From: an uncultured Planctomycetota bacterium
Lineage (GTDB): Bacteria > Planctomycetota > Planctomycetia > Isosphaerales > Isosphaeraceae
DNA: 64,000 nucleotides
Reading direction: 5' to 3'
Assembly (NCBI GenBank): GCA_963845755.1
Contig: CAWJTV010000011.1
Coordinates: forward strand, 384,001-448,000
The position numbers were made by a program, and so were the translations under genes. The notes below the pieces were generated by a model, which searched no databases, had not been told where the DNA came from, and saw nothing but the letters and a program-made list of their open reading frames with translations. The stretch's first letter is position 1; each line of letters opens with the position of its first letter. Positions 55,660 to 64,000 of this stretch are shown here, piece by piece.

Positions 55660-56784
55660 CTACTGGCCACGGGAAACCTCTGGCACATGACTCGCGACTC
55701 GCCCCACCTCAACGCCCCGCATCATTTCCCACAATCTCACCGTCGAGTCGGATCCCCCCGAGACGAGCATTCGACCGTCCGGGGAGAAGGCCAGAGCATG
55801 AATTTCGCCCCCGCATTCCCGTAAACTGGCCCGCTCCTGGAGCGTCTCGGCATCCCACAACACGATGAGGCCACGACCGTGTCCCGTGGCGAGGGTCTTG
55901 CCGTCGGAGGCAAACGCGATCACGAAGCTGCTGTGGGAAGGGTAGTTCAAGACGCCCCGTATGCGTTGACCTGCCAGGTCCCAGAGCCGGACGATGCCGT
56001 CAGCATCCGCCGAGGCCAGGGTCATGCTGTCGGGCGCAAACGCGAGAGAGTAGATGTGAGGCATCCGACCACTGAGGTTCCTGACCGCTTGCCCCGTCTT
56101 GGCATCGCAGAGCGTGATCGTCCGGCTCCTCGAAACCGACGCGAGTGTTCGACCGTCGGGGGAGAAGGACATGTCTGTCACGACTCCGTCCTGTCCCTGG
56201 AGTCTGGACCGTACCCGGCGCGTTGACGGGTCCAGGAGGATGACCGAGTCCTCCTCGCTCACGGCGATCGTCTTGCCATCGCCGGAGAAGGCCAAAGCAC
56301 GAATACGACCGTGGGCGGAGGCGAAGAGGGTCTGTCGTTCACCGGTGGCCAGGTCCCAGAGCACGATCGTTCCATCGAGGCCGCCGGTCGCCAGAGTTCT
56401 ACCTTGGGGACCCAAAGCCTGGCTCGAGACCGGCGACGCGGGTCCTCCCATCGAAGACAGGACGCGTCGCGTCGATGTGTCCCAGAGCCAGGACTCTCCG
56501 GTCGTGTCGAGCGAAACCAGGTTTGATGTCCCACTCGCGAACGCGATCGAACGCAGGGGGCCAGAATGCTCTCCCAGGATCATCCCCCGGGCCGGATCGG
56601 CATCTCGCATCCCGCTCCGCTCGAGGACGTACGCCGTGACGGCAATCAGTCCCACGAGCAGGAACAGCCCCCACGCCCGGCGGCGCATCCGTGAGCTCGA
56701 CCGCCCGGAAAGAATCCAAGAAGGGCGGGCGGTCTCGCAGGCTTCGCCGGGATTACGTCGCACGGGGTTCAACTCGTCCATCAT
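55660..56784 (-). CDS. Membrane-anchored WD40 repeat protein
   Basis: TM segment followed by ~7 WD repeats (LAFSPDG..L.SG...VRLW). Confidence 0.85.
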   Translation of the reverse strand: MMDELNPVRRNPGEACETARPSWILSGRSSSRMRRRAWGLFLLVGLIAVTAYVLERSGMRDADPARGMILGEHSGPLRSIAFASGTSNLVSLDTTGESWLWDTSTRRVLSSMGGPASPVSSQALGPQGRTLATGGLDGTIVLWDLATGERQTLFASAHGRIRALAFSGDGKTIAVSEEDSVILLDPSTRRVRSRLQGQDGVVTDMSFSPDGRTLASVSRSRTITLCDAKTGQAVRNLSGRMPHIYSLAFAPDSMTLASADADGIVRLWDLAGQRIRGVLNYPSHSSFVIAFASDGKTLATGHGRGLIVLWDAETLQERASLRECGGEIHALAFSPDGRMLVSGGSDSTVRLWEMMRGVEVGRVASHVPEVSRGQ

Positions 56785-57105
56785 CGCGGCTCCTGAACAG
56801 GCGGGGGTTCTCGATCATCGAAACCGGTCTGAGCTTCCAGAGGCCTGGTCTACGCCCGCGCGCAGGCCGAGAGTCGGAGCGGCCACCTTGAGTGTCTGGG
56901 CTCTCGCGAGGAGTCCCGCCTATTCCTCTAACCGCGCGATGCCTCCTGGACGGGACCGAAGAATTGATAAAAAAGAGACGTTCCCTGTCCCACACCGGCC
57001 CGCGTGCGCGGTTTAATGATTAGAGGCTTCGACACGATGAACCCGGCCGCCGTCAACGCGCCGGCCGGGCTGATCGAGTGAGTACATGCAATTTGGGCGC
57101 GGTTG

Positions 57106-57747
57106 ATGACCGGCAATACGAGTGAAATCGACCGTCTGCTCCAGCGGGCGGCGCAAGGCGATCAGCAGGGCCTGGGTGCGCTCCTCGCACAGCATCGGGA
57201 TCGGCTGCGCCGCATGATCGCGCTGCGACTCGACCGGCGTCTGCAGGGGCGGATCGACCCCTCGGACGTCATCCAGGAGGCGTACCTGGAAGCTTCGGCG
57301 CGACTGGCCGAATACGTGCGTGACCCTTCGATGCCGTTCTTCTTGTGGCTCCGCTTCCTCACCAGCCAGAAGCTGGTGACCTTACACCGCCACCACCTCG
57401 GCGTCCAGATGCGTGACCCCGGCCAGGAGGTGGCGCTGGATCACAATCCATTCCCCGAGGCGTCCTCGGCCGCGCTGGCCGCCCATCTATTGGGTCATGA
57501 CACCCGCCCCAGCGAGGCCGCGATCCGCGCCGAGATGAAGCTCCGGGTGCAGGAGGCCCTCAATCGCATGGACCCGCTCGACCGCGAGGTCCTGGCCTTG
57601 CGGCATTTCGAGCAACTGAGCCGCGCCGAGATCGCGCGGGTGCTCGACATCTCGGAGGCCGCCGCCGGCAAGCGGTACATCCGAGCGCTGGAACGGCTCA
57701 AGAAGGACCTGTGCCACAGCGGCGGCCTGGAAGGACTGATCCCATGA
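57106..57747 (+). CDS. ECF sigma factor, planctomycete kinase-associated type
   Basis: LQGRIDPSDVIQE, WLRFL and DREVLALRHFEQLS; ATGA overlap with the kinase gene. Confidence 0.92.
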   Translation: MTGNTSEIDRLLQRAAQGDQQGLGALLAQHRDRLRRMIALRLDRRLQGRIDPSDVIQEAYLEASARLAEYVRDPSMPFFLWLRFLTSQKLVTLHRHHLGVQMRDPGQEVALDHNPFPEASSAALAAHLLGHDTRPSEAAIRAEMKLRVQEALNRMDPLDREVLALRHFEQLSRAEIARVLDISEAAAGKRYIRALERLKKDLCHSGGLEGLIP

Positions 57748-60700
57748 GCGAGCCGACTTCGGTATTCGACCCGGTCGAGCGATTGGTCGACGAGTTCCTG
57801 CAACGGCATCGCCAGGGCGAACGGCCGTCTTTGAGCGAATACACCGAGAAGTATCCCGAGATCGCCGAGCGGATTCGCGACCTCTTCCCCGCCATGCTGG
57901 TCATGGAAGAGCTCGGCTCGCGGGGCGGGAAAGCCAGCGGCCCTCAGGCGGGCCAGGTCCCCCCGGTCGCCTCGGTGCCACAGAGGTTGGGCGATTACCT
58001 GCTCCTGCGCCACGTCGGCTCCGGCGGCATGGGGGTGGTCTACGAGGCGATCCAGGAATCGTTGGGCCGGCACGTGGCCTTGAAGACGCTCCCGTTCCAC
58101 CGCCTGGGCGACGCGACCCGACTCGAGCGGTTCCGTCGCGAGGCGCGGGCCGCGGCGCGGCTGCACCATACGCACATCGTCCCGGTCTACGGGATCGGCG
58201 AGCACGACGGCCTTCACTACTACACGATGCAGTTCATCCGGGGGCATGGACTGGACACCGTGCTGCACGAAGTCAAGCGACTGCGGCACGAACCGGGCGC
58301 ACCGCCGCCGGCCGAGGCCACGGCAGAGCAGCCTCTCTCCACGACCCTGGCGCTCGGTCTTCACACCGGTCGATTTCCGGTCAACGAGAAGGGAAAAGAC
58401 GGATCGACGGCTAGTGTGGTCCCGCAGCCTCATCCCGGCCCGGCCCCGACGGCGGACGGCGATCGATCGGAGTTGTCTACCCAACCCGACGCCATCTACC
58501 TCCGTAGCGTGGCCCAGATCGGCATCGATGCCGCAGAGGCCCTGGAATACGCCCACCAGCAGGGCATTCTCCACCGCGACATCAAGCCCTCCAACCTCCT
58601 GCTCGATGCCCAGGGACAGGTCTGGATTACCGATTTCGGTCTGGCCAAGGCCCAGGACAGCGACGAGCTGACGCGCACCGGCGACATCGTCGGCACGTTG
58701 CGCTACATGGCGCCGGAGCGATTCGACGGCTGGTCCGACCCGCGGAGCGATGTCTACGCGTTGGGAGCGACCTTGTACGAGTTGCTGACGTTGCGACCCA
58801 CCTTCGAGGAGTCGGACCGGGTCAAGCTCGTCGAGCACGTGCTGCACAAGAGCCCGACGCCGCTCCGCCAACTTGACCGGCGCATTCCCCGGGACCTGGA
58901 GACGATCGTGCTCAAGGCGATAGCCAAGGAGCCGGGCGAGCGCTACCCGACGGCGGGACAGTTGGCTGACGACTTGCGGCGGTTCGTCGCGGGCAAGCCG
59001 ATCCTCGCCCGCCGATTCAGCTTGCTCGAGCGATCATGGCGCTGGAGCAAGCGCAACCCGCTGCTGGCCGTCGCGGCCGGCACCGTGGCGGCAGCACTGG
59101 TGGGCATGACCGTGACCGCCGTCTTGTACGCCGACCGGCAGTATCACTTCGCAACCGAGCAAGAGAAGGCAAACCACGAAATCACCCGGTTGAATGTCGA
59201 TCTCGGTAAGGAACACGAGAGCCTGAGGCGATCGCTGGGCGAATCGAATCGCCTGCTGGCGATCCGGAACTTCGATCGCGGGCAGGCCGCCTTCGAGAAG
59301 GACCAGGTTGGTACCGGGCTGCTCTGGATGATCGAGAGCTGGCGGTCGGCGGCCGCGGCCGGCGATCCGGCCTGGCAGCACGCCGCGCGGGCCAACCTGG
59401 CCGCCTGGCAGCCCCATCATGCTCGACTCAAAATGGTCCTTTCCCATGGAGGCCCCATCACCGCCGCGGCCTTCAGCCCCGACGGCAAGGCCGTCCTCAT
59501 CGGGGGCGACGACGGGACCGCAAGACTCTGGGACGCCGCCTCCGGCCAGCCGATCGGCCCGCCCCTCAACCATCAGGGTCCCGTCATGTCCGTGGCCTTC
59601 AGCCCCGACGACAAGGCCGTCCTCATCGGGGGCGACGACGGGACCGCAAGACTCTGGGACGCCGTCTCCGGCCAACCCCTCGGATCGCCCCTCAACCATC
59701 AGGGTCCCGTCATGTCCGTGGCCTTCAGCCCCGACGGCAGGACCATCCTCACCGGCTGCGCGGACAGGATGGCGCGGCGGTGGGACTCCGCGACCCATCG
59801 TCCCATCGGTCAGCCCTTGGTGCATCAAGACGGTGTGGGGGCCGTGTCGTTCAGCCCGGACGGCAAGGTGCTCCTGACAGTGAGCTCTGGGACGGCACGG
59901 CTTTGGGACGCCGCCACCGGAAAGCCAATCGGCTCACCCCTCAACCATCAGGGTCCGCTCCGGACCGCGGTGTATAGCCCGGACGGCAGGAGTGTCCTCA
60001 CCGCAGGAGGCGACGGGGTGGTGAAGCGGTGGGACGCCGCGACCGGAAAACCCGTCGGCGAGCCGATCCGGCATCCGCTGAAGGTCCGGGCCGTGGCCTT
60101 CAGCCCCGATAGCCGGACCATCCTGACCGGCAGCGAGGACAAGACGGCGAGGCTCTGGGACGCAGCGACGAACCAGCCCATCGGGCCGACCTTGGTCCAT
60201 CAAGGCCCGGTCGTGGCCGGTGCATTCAGCCCCGATGGCAAGACCTTCCTCACCGCCAGCAGCGACAACACCGTCCGGATCTGGGCTACCGACCCCGGCC
60301 AGCCCTCCGGGCTGATCCTCGATCGTCAAGGCGTCGGCCAGGCCGCGGCCTTCAGCCCCGATGGCCAGTGGATCGTCAGCGGACACTGGGCCGGCGCCGT
60401 CACGCGATGGGACGCGGCGACGGGTCGGATCATCGACACAACTCAGGTCCACCAGGGCCCTGCGCTGGCCCTGGCCGTCAGCACCGACGGCACACGCTTA
60501 CTCACCGAGAGTGATGACAAGACGGCACGACTCTGGGACGCCGCCACCGGCAAGCCTATCGGACCGCCCCTCCAGCACGAGGGCAACGTCACCGTCGTGG
60601 CGTTCTGTTCCGACGGCAAGACGATCATGACCGGAGGCGCGGACCGGACGGTCCGATTCTGGGACGCCGCGACCGGGAAACCCCTCGGCCAACCGCTGCC

Positions 60701-62117
60701 GCAGGCCGGTGCGGTAGACGCCGCGGCCTTCAGCCCCGATGGCAAGTCCCTCCTCGCGGGCCATGATAGCGGATCGGCACAGGTCTGGGACGTAGAGACC
60801 CGGACGTCCCGCGGCCGGCCCTTCCCGCATCCCGGTTGCATCAGCGCGGCGGCGTTCAGCCCCGACGGCAAGTCGCTCCTGACCGGGTGCGAGGATGGAG
60901 CGGCACGACTCTGGGACGTGGAATCCCGGACGCTCCGGATCGCTCCGCTGCTGCATCAAGCCTGGATCTGGACCGTCGCCTTCAGTCCCGATGGGACCCG
61001 GATCCTTACCGGCAGCCGGGACAAGACGGTGCGGCTCTGGGACGCCGCGACCGGGATGCCGCTGGGTCCACCGATCATGCATCCGGCGCAAGTGCAAACC
61101 GTGGCCTTCAGCCCCGACGGCCAGTCCTTCCTGACCGGAGCCTACGACCACGGGGCGCGGCTGTTCCGGAACGTCCCCGAGCTGCCCGACGACCTCGAGC
61201 GGATCGCCACTTGGGTGGAGGTCCTCACCGGCTTGACGCTCGATGCTGGCAAGGGCACGATCCAGGTGCTCGATAACGCGGCCTGGCTGGAGCGCCGCGA
61301 CCGGTTGGAGCAACTCGGTGGTCCGCTGCAACCGGAAAACGGACCAAGACTCGATCCTATCCCGTTCGGCATCGACCCAATGGCTCGCGGTCGCGTCTTG
61401 ATGCAGCGGGAGCAGTGGGACGAGGCCGAGGCCGCGTTCGACGAGGTCGTCCGCGCCCGGCCGTACAACGCTTCGAGCTGGATCGGGCGCAGCAGATTTC
61501 ACATCGCCCGCAGTCAGTTCGAGAGAGCCGCTGCCGACTTTGCCGGTGCGATCCAGACCCAGCCGGCGAACCTCGGGTTCCGCTACTTTCAGGTCTTGTT
61601 GCTGCTGAACCAGGGCGATCGGGCCGGCTTACAACAAGCGTGCTCCGACTTGCTGGCGCGATACGGCACTGTGACGAATCCCTTCACTGCCAACACGGTC
61701 GCCTGGTCTTGCGTGCTGGGGCCAGACTTGGTTGCCGACCGCGAGATACTGGTGCGGCTGGCTGAGGCGGCTCTGACTGTATTTCCAACGGCTCAAAAGC
61801 CCATCGTAATGAACACGCTGGGAGCCGCTCTCTACCGCGCCGGGCGGTTCGAGGAGTCCATTCACTGGCTGGAGGAAGGCATCAGGAAGCGAGGGGGCGA
61901 GAGTCTACCCCAGGACTGGGCATTCCTGGCCATAGCTCACCATCAACTCGGCCATCGCGCGGAGGCCCTCCGCTGGCTCGATCGCTTCAGGACCTACCGG
62001 GCGAACGAGAACCCCAATGCTTTCTGGAACGAGCTGGAGATTCGTGTCCTCCGCAAGGAAGCCGAGTCATTATTACTCTACGACCCGGTCTTCCCGTCCG
62101 ACCCGTTCGCCCGTTGA
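57744..62117 (+). CDS. Ser/Thr protein kinase with TM segment, WD40 repeats and TPRs
   Basis: GSGGMGVVY, HRDIKPSN, DFGLAK and GTLRYMAPE; ~14 WD repeats including a 126-bp near-perfect tandem duplication at ~59467-59718; C-terminal TPRs. Confidence 0.93.
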   Translation: MSEPTSVFDPVERLVDEFLQRHRQGERPSLSEYTEKYPEIAERIRDLFPAMLVMEELGSRGGKASGPQAGQVPPVASVPQRLGDYLLLRHVGSGGMGVVYEAIQESLGRHVALKTLPFHRLGDATRLERFRREARAAARLHHTHIVPVYGIGEHDGLHYYTMQFIRGHGLDTVLHEVKRLRHEPGAPPPAEATAEQPLSTTLALGLHTGRFPVNEKGKDGSTASVVPQPHPGPAPTADGDRSELSTQPDAIYLRSVAQIGIDAAEALEYAHQQGILHRDIKPSNLLLDAQGQVWITDFGLAKAQDSDELTRTGDIVGTLRYMAPERFDGWSDPRSDVYALGATLYELLTLRPTFEESDRVKLVEHVLHKSPTPLRQLDRRIPRDLETIVLKAIAKEPGERYPTAGQLADDLRRFVAGKPILARRFSLLERSWRWSKRNPLLAVAAGTVAAALVGMTVTAVLYADRQYHFATEQEKANHEITRLNVDLGKEHESLRRSLGESNRLLAIRNFDRGQAAFEKDQVGTGLLWMIESWRSAAAAGDPAWQHAARANLAAWQPHHARLKMVLSHGGPITAAAFSPDGKAVLIGGDDGTARLWDAASGQPIGPPLNHQGPVMSVAFSPDDKAVLIGGDDGTARLWDAVSGQPLGSPLNHQGPVMSVAFSPDGRTILTGCADRMARRWDSATHRPIGQPLVHQDGVGAVSFSPDGKVLLTVSSGTARLWDAATGKPIGSPLNHQGPLRTAVYSPDGRSVLTAGGDGVVKRWDAATGKPVGEPIRHPLKVRAVAFSPDSRTILTGSEDKTARLWDAATNQPIGPTLVHQGPVVAGAFSPDGKTFLTASSDNTVRIWATDPGQPSGLILDRQGVGQAAAFSPDGQWIVSGHWAGAVTRWDAATGRIIDTTQVHQGPALALAVSTDGTRLLTESDDKTARLWDAATGKPIGPPLQHEGNVTVVAFCSDGKTIMTGGADRTVRFWDAATGKPLGQPLPQAGAVDAAAFSPDGKSLLAGHDSGSAQVWDVETRTSRGRPFPHPGCISAAAFSPDGKSLLTGCEDGAARLWDVESRTLRIAPLLHQAWIWTVAFSPDGTRILTGSRDKTVRLWDAATGMPLGPPIMHPAQVQTVAFSPDGQSFLTGAYDHGARLFRNVPELPDDLERIATWVEVLTGLTLDAGKGTIQVLDNAAWLERRDRLEQLGGPLQPENGPRLDPIPFGIDPMARGRVLMQREQWDEAEAAFDEVVRARPYNASSWIGRSRFHIARSQFERAAADFAGAIQTQPANLGFRYFQVLLLLNQGDRAGLQQACSDLLARYGTVTNPFTANTVAWSCVLGPDLVADREILVRLAEAALTVFPTAQKPIVMNTLGAALYRAGRFEESIHWLEEGIRKRGGESLPQDWAFLAIAHHQLGHRAEALRWLDRFRTYRANENPNAFWNELEIRVLRKEAESLLLYDPVFPSDPFAR

Positions 62118-62586
62118 TCAATGCCAGCCGGCTCGAACTCGGAGTCACCCGCGGCTCGATGGCCCTCAACACGCGAGCCGTCCAATCCGGGTCCTCCGGG
62201 CTGACCACGACGACCTCGAAGCCATACCTTCGACCCTCCTCGGCCACACCTTCCGAATCGTCGATATGCAGGCTAATGCCGAACGCGGATGGATTCTTCG
62301 AAGGCCCTCGTCGTCCCACCACACGCTCATGCCGCCGCTGATTGACCACGCCGGAAAGCGGGACGCCGAAACTGCCGAACCAGCCGCGGAGGTAACGCGA
62401 AGACCGGTAAGACGTGGTATAGATCCAGACCTGATGACGACGCGCGATCAGCTCGCGTAACAGGTCCCTCGTACCGAGGCGCAGCCGCTCCGGATAGAAC
62501 CATCGTTTCCATCTCGGCACGAACTGCTCGACCGGTACCGAGCCGTCGCAGACCAGCGTGTCGTCGATATCGAATGAGATCCGCAT
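61987..62586 (-). CDS. HAD-like hypothetical protein (3' end uncertain, overlaps the kinase gene)
   Basis: MRISFDIDDTL, IYTTS, SK.P and HIDD HAD-type motifs. Confidence 0.7.
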   Translation of the reverse strand: MRISFDIDDTLVCDGSVPVEQFVPRWKRWFYPERLRLGTRDLLRELIARRHQVWIYTTSYRSSRYLRGWFGSFGVPLSGVVNQRRHERVVGRRGPSKNPSAFGISLHIDDSEGVAEEGRRYGFEVVVVSPEDPDWTARVLRAIEPRVTPSSSRLALINGRTGRTGRPGRRVIMTRLPCGGHESPARSRKHWGSRSPGRS

Positions 62587-62637
62587 CGCGGCACCCCTCG
62601 ACCCCAAAGGCCGGGCGCGGCGGCGCGGTCCATGCCC

Positions 62638-62690
62638 TCGTTCCCACGCTCCCGCGTGGGAATGCCGCCCGGGACGCTCCGCGTCCTCGA
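62638..62690. repeat. Intergenic palindromic repeat CTCGTTCCCACGCTCCCGCGTGGGAAT
   Basis: Hairpin ttcccacgc / gcgtgggaa followed by gacgctccgcgtc. Confidence 0.65.
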
Positions 62691-62930
62691 ACAGGGCCGA
62701 GGACCGCGACGCAGGGACGCTGACGAAATTACCGCGGCCGTTCAGGCCGTCTTCTCATGACCCTATTCACACCAAAGGGCAATTCCAAGACGCAAGACCC
62801 AGGATTGTGGATCCCGTCTCGCCCGCCCTCTGAAGTGTCACAATGCCGCACTGTAGCATTCACGCGGTTCTGGGGTTACCTTGATCGAGACGTCAATCCG
62901 TCCGAACTCGATATCTCGCTTCCCCTGGGA

Positions 62931-64000
62931 ATGACCATGACTCGGATTCCGCTTCTTGCCGTGGTCGCCATCGCCGCCACAATCTCCGCCGTGTCGAATG
63001 TCGACGCCTCCGACGAGCCGCCGTCTCTGACCATCGAGGGTTACACCGACCAGCTCAGCTATCGGCCCGGCGACGTGGTCCGCTTCCACATCTCGACCAC
63101 GGCCGCGCGTTACGGGATGGAGATCGCCCGCTTGGGCGCCGAGACCAGGTCGGTTTATCGCAAGTCCGATCTCCCCGGCGCGGCGTACCCGATCCCGGAA
63201 CATGCCTCGTCCCAAGGCTGTGACTGGCCGGTCGCCCATACCGTCATCGTGCCGGCCGAATGGCGATCGGGCTATTACAACGTCCGGCTGAGGGTCGCCG
63301 ATAACGGCGGGAAGTTCGTCGGCCGCAACCGGCGCACCGCCGAGGTCGATGTATTCTTCATCGTGCGTCCAACGGAGCCCGGCAAGGCGACGTCGATCCT
63401 GCTGGAGCTTTCGACCAATACGTACAACGCCTATAACAACTGGGGCGGCGGCAGCTTGTATGCGTATCACGGTCGGGCCAACCTCCAGGGGCACCGCGTC
63501 TCGTTCAACCGCCCGCCCGACAGTCAATTCCGCCAGTGGGAGCTGCCGTTCGTCGTCTGGGCCGAGCGCAACGGCTACACGCTCGACTACTGCGCCAACA
63601 GCGACCTCGAGTTCCGTCCCGAGCTACTCGAGCATTACAAATTGGTCTTGAGCGTCGGGCACGATGAATACTGGTCGGCCCCGATGCGCGACCATCTCGA
63701 AGCATTCATCGCGCGGGGCGGGAACGTGGCCTTCTTCAGCGGCAATACTTGCTGCTGGCAGGTGCGCAGCGAGGAGGGCGGCCGCGCGCTGACCTCTTGG
63801 AAACAGTGGTACAACATGGACCCGGTCTTCCCCACCAGCGATCACCGCACGCTCACCACAGCCTGGAGCCACCACCTGGTGAATCGGCCCGAGAACCGGC
63901 TGACGGGCGTCGGCTTTCTTCACGGCGGCTACCACCTCAGCCACGGCCAGTACATGGACGGCAAGGGGGCGTTCACCGTCCACCGCCCCGATCACTGGCT
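62931..64000 (+). CDS. N,N-dimethylformamidase beta-subunit-like (DUF6605) secreted protein, runs off the window edge
   Basis: Own translation (not in the ORF track): IEGYTDQLSYRPGD, NTYNAYNNWGGGSLY, LSVGHDEYWS and GGNVAFFSGN. Confidence 0.82.
   Translation, partial: MTMTRIPLLAVVAIAATISAVSNVDASDEPPSLTIEGYTDQLSYRPGDVVRFHISTTAARYGMEIARLGAETRSVYRKSDLPGAAYPIPEHASSQGCDWPVAHTVIVPAEWRSGYYNVRLRVADNGGKFVGRNRRTAEVDVFFIVRPTEPGKATSILLELSTNTYNAYNNWGGGSLYAYHGRANLQGHRVSFNRPPDSQFRQWELPFVVWAERNGYTLDYCANSDLEFRPELLEHYKLVLSVGHDEYWSAPMRDHLEAFIARGGNVAFFSGNTCCWQVRSEEGGRALTSWKQWYNMDPVFPTSDHRTLTTAWSHHLVNRPENRLTGVGFLHGGYHLSHGQYMDGKGAFTVHRPDHW

Overview
GC-rich window from a planctomycete, most likely Isosphaeraceae-like. 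This is inferred from the LE.R.LLS-type export signals, a PEP-CTERM protein, an ECF sigma factor coupled to a Ser/Thr kinase-WD40-TPR gene, and typical intergenic repeats. Many genes are split by single-base frameshifts, which suggests long-read consensus errors. The main feature is a family of four paralogous, large, signal-peptide-bearing proteins whose core I cannot assign to a known family. They fall into two subtypes (alpha and beta) arranged as two oppositely oriented beta-then-alpha pairs (<1-8282 on the minus strand, 27592-38249 on the plus strand), each with accessory genes on the opposite strand between the partners. The two alpha genes share a 26-bp upstream element at almost identical spacing. 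The window also holds a 12-repeat Ig/PKD-like surface protein, two candidate defence operons (nuclease-like + TPR; ABC/AAA ATPase + DUF4276), an in-frame Nth-Ung fusion, housekeeping genes (asnB, aroF, LacD-like aldolase, threonine dehydratase), two ECF sigma modules, and several REP-like and heptamer repeats. I saw no rRNA, tRNA, CRISPR array or transposase.
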